The translations under genes and the position numbers were made by a program. A DNA stretch of 63,960 nucleotides, filler included, from Lama guanicoe (taxonomy: Eukaryota): assembly GCA_013239625.1 (NCBI GenBank). It is 78 parts of 76 records of this genome, joined end to end, with 100 filler letters (N's around TTAATTAATTAA, not from the genome) between each part and the next. Parts side by side here need not be neighbours in the genome. Positions count along the whole stretch, not along the records: positions 62,648 to 63,172 come from PNXV01026068.1; positions 63,273 to 63,672 come from MU057284.1; positions 63,773 to 63,960 come from MU057299.1; 75 more parts are not named here. The stretch is one strand, 5' to 3'. This document shows positions 62,548 through 63,960 of the stretch, one piece after another. Under the pieces are notes generated by a model. It worked only from the letters and a program-made list of their open reading frames with translations, had not been told where the DNA came from and did no database searches. Numbering within the stretch: the stretch's first letter is position 1; every line of letters starts with the position of its first letter.

Positions 62548-63960
62548 NNNNNNNNNNNNNNNNNNNNNNNNNNNNNNNNNNNNNNNNNNNNTTAATTAAT
62601 TAANNNNNNNNNNNNNNNNNNNNNNNNNNNNNNNNNNNNNNNNNNNNGGACACCCAGCTGCACGGAAGTTTGGGGCACTGGGGAGTCCCAGAAAACGCTA
62701 AAAATTGTCCAGTGAAAAATCAGCTCAAATATATTACACTGTGCTGAATCATTTAAAAAGAGAAAATGACTGAGAACTTTTTGATGCCTCCGTGTCCTTT
62801 CTGCCATCATCAATTATTTGCCTTCTCAGTGTGACCAGTGATGAACTAGACCCCATGTGAAGTGCACTCAGATGGAAGAGCTTTTAAAGTTATTTTATGA
62901 AGTTTGTAAGACTCTGTCTATGCCTCACAAAGGCGGTCATCCATCACTTCTCACACGTACCACCTGAAATCACTCCTTTCTGCTTTTTAAAATCCCTTCA
63001 TCTACTCCAGAATTTTCAACAGCAAAGAAGCAGCTCAACCACAGACACTGGACAGTTTTTCACCAAATGGAATCGAACAGCCCATCGGACTACCTGGAAG
63101 ACCTTTTATTCTATTAAACCCATTTCCAGGTACTTCATAATTTTCTAATTGGTGGACTTGGCCTCTGACTGCNNNNNNNNNNNNNNNNNNNNNNNNNNNN
63201 NNNNNNNNNNNNNNNNTTAATTAATTAANNNNNNNNNNNNNNNNNNNNNNNNNNNNNNNNNNNNNNNNNNNNGATGAAGAGGCAAATAGCGGGTAGAAAA
63301 TGCAAATTCAATGAATTACAGAGTTCTCAATAATTCAGTCACTGTAGCTCCCGAAACTACCTGGACTGTTACTAAACATCACCAGCCTGGACTCCTTGCA
63401 ACATATTAGCCATTTCATTGAGTCAGATCCCTTGCCTCCTCTTTTGCCAGGATTCCAAGTGAGCTAGATAGTAACTCAGACCTACCTAAAACAATCTGGT
63501 TAATCTAGGGCAATATTTACCCTCCCACATTGGGACTCAATTTAGTTCAACCTCTACGTGGACACTTGTATTTTCTTTCTTTTTCATGTGGGCTATTTGC
63601 ATTTTTGAAAATCACTCGTAATGACACTTGGTCTCTCCTCCAGGGTCTCTGACTGTGATATTGTATTGAACANNNNNNNNNNNNNNNNNNNNNNNNNNNN
63701 NNNNNNNNNNNNNNNNTTAATTAATTAANNNNNNNNNNNNNNNNNNNNNNNNNNNNNNNNNNNNNNNNNNNNACCCCTTGAAATGCCAACATTGGCCAGT
63801 AGGTGTCATTGGGAGTAAAGGGCACCACATGCACAAGTTTATCCAAGGTTGGGGGTTATTTCATGATTCCAATAGTTATTTCATGGTTCCTGTTTGTTTT
63901 GGGGGCTTCAACCGTAAAGTGCTGACATGACCCTTTTAACAGTTTGGACTGCTAGTTTGC

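Noticed and set aside
62897..63148. 83-aa ORF / possible exon at ~63011-63129
   Set aside because: Weak donor (GTACTT) and no recognisable protein in any frame
716..63728. CRISPR-like or dispersed palindromic TTAATTAATTAA array
   Set aside because: Always embedded in fixed N44 runs; it is a synthetic linker in a mammalian assembly

Overview
This window is not a contiguous locus. It is an artificial concatenation of 78 short (~0.2-1.4 kb) unplaced scaffolds, joined by 77 identical 100-nt linkers (N44-TTAATTAATTAA-N44, stop codons in all six frames), so adjacency carries no biological meaning. The source is a mammal, most likely a camelid: there are two tRNA-derived Vic-1-type SINEs. It is probably male, because one scaffold carries HSFY exon 1. 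About a third of the scaffolds are satellite DNA: a homogeneous ~267-bp GC-rich family, a diverged ~267-bp relative, a 248-bp family, a second 248-bp repeat, and a GAATATA-type heptamer satellite. LINE-1, ERV/LTR and DNA-transposon fragments are also common. Gene-like content is three disabled exon copies that keep their splice sites (HSFY exon 1, the TRAPPC9 first coding exon, an ARHGAP20 exon), one unassigned fully open 208-codon Ala/Pro/Glu repeat frame that the ORF track missed (773-1396, +), one unassigned candidate exon, and two CpG-island fragments. Several scaffold pairs are diverged copies of each other, which points to ampliconic or segmentally duplicated DNA. No complete gene, RNA gene or CRISPR array is present, and I cannot support a complete novel system. 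Gene and repeat-family names come from recalled sequences, not from a database search.
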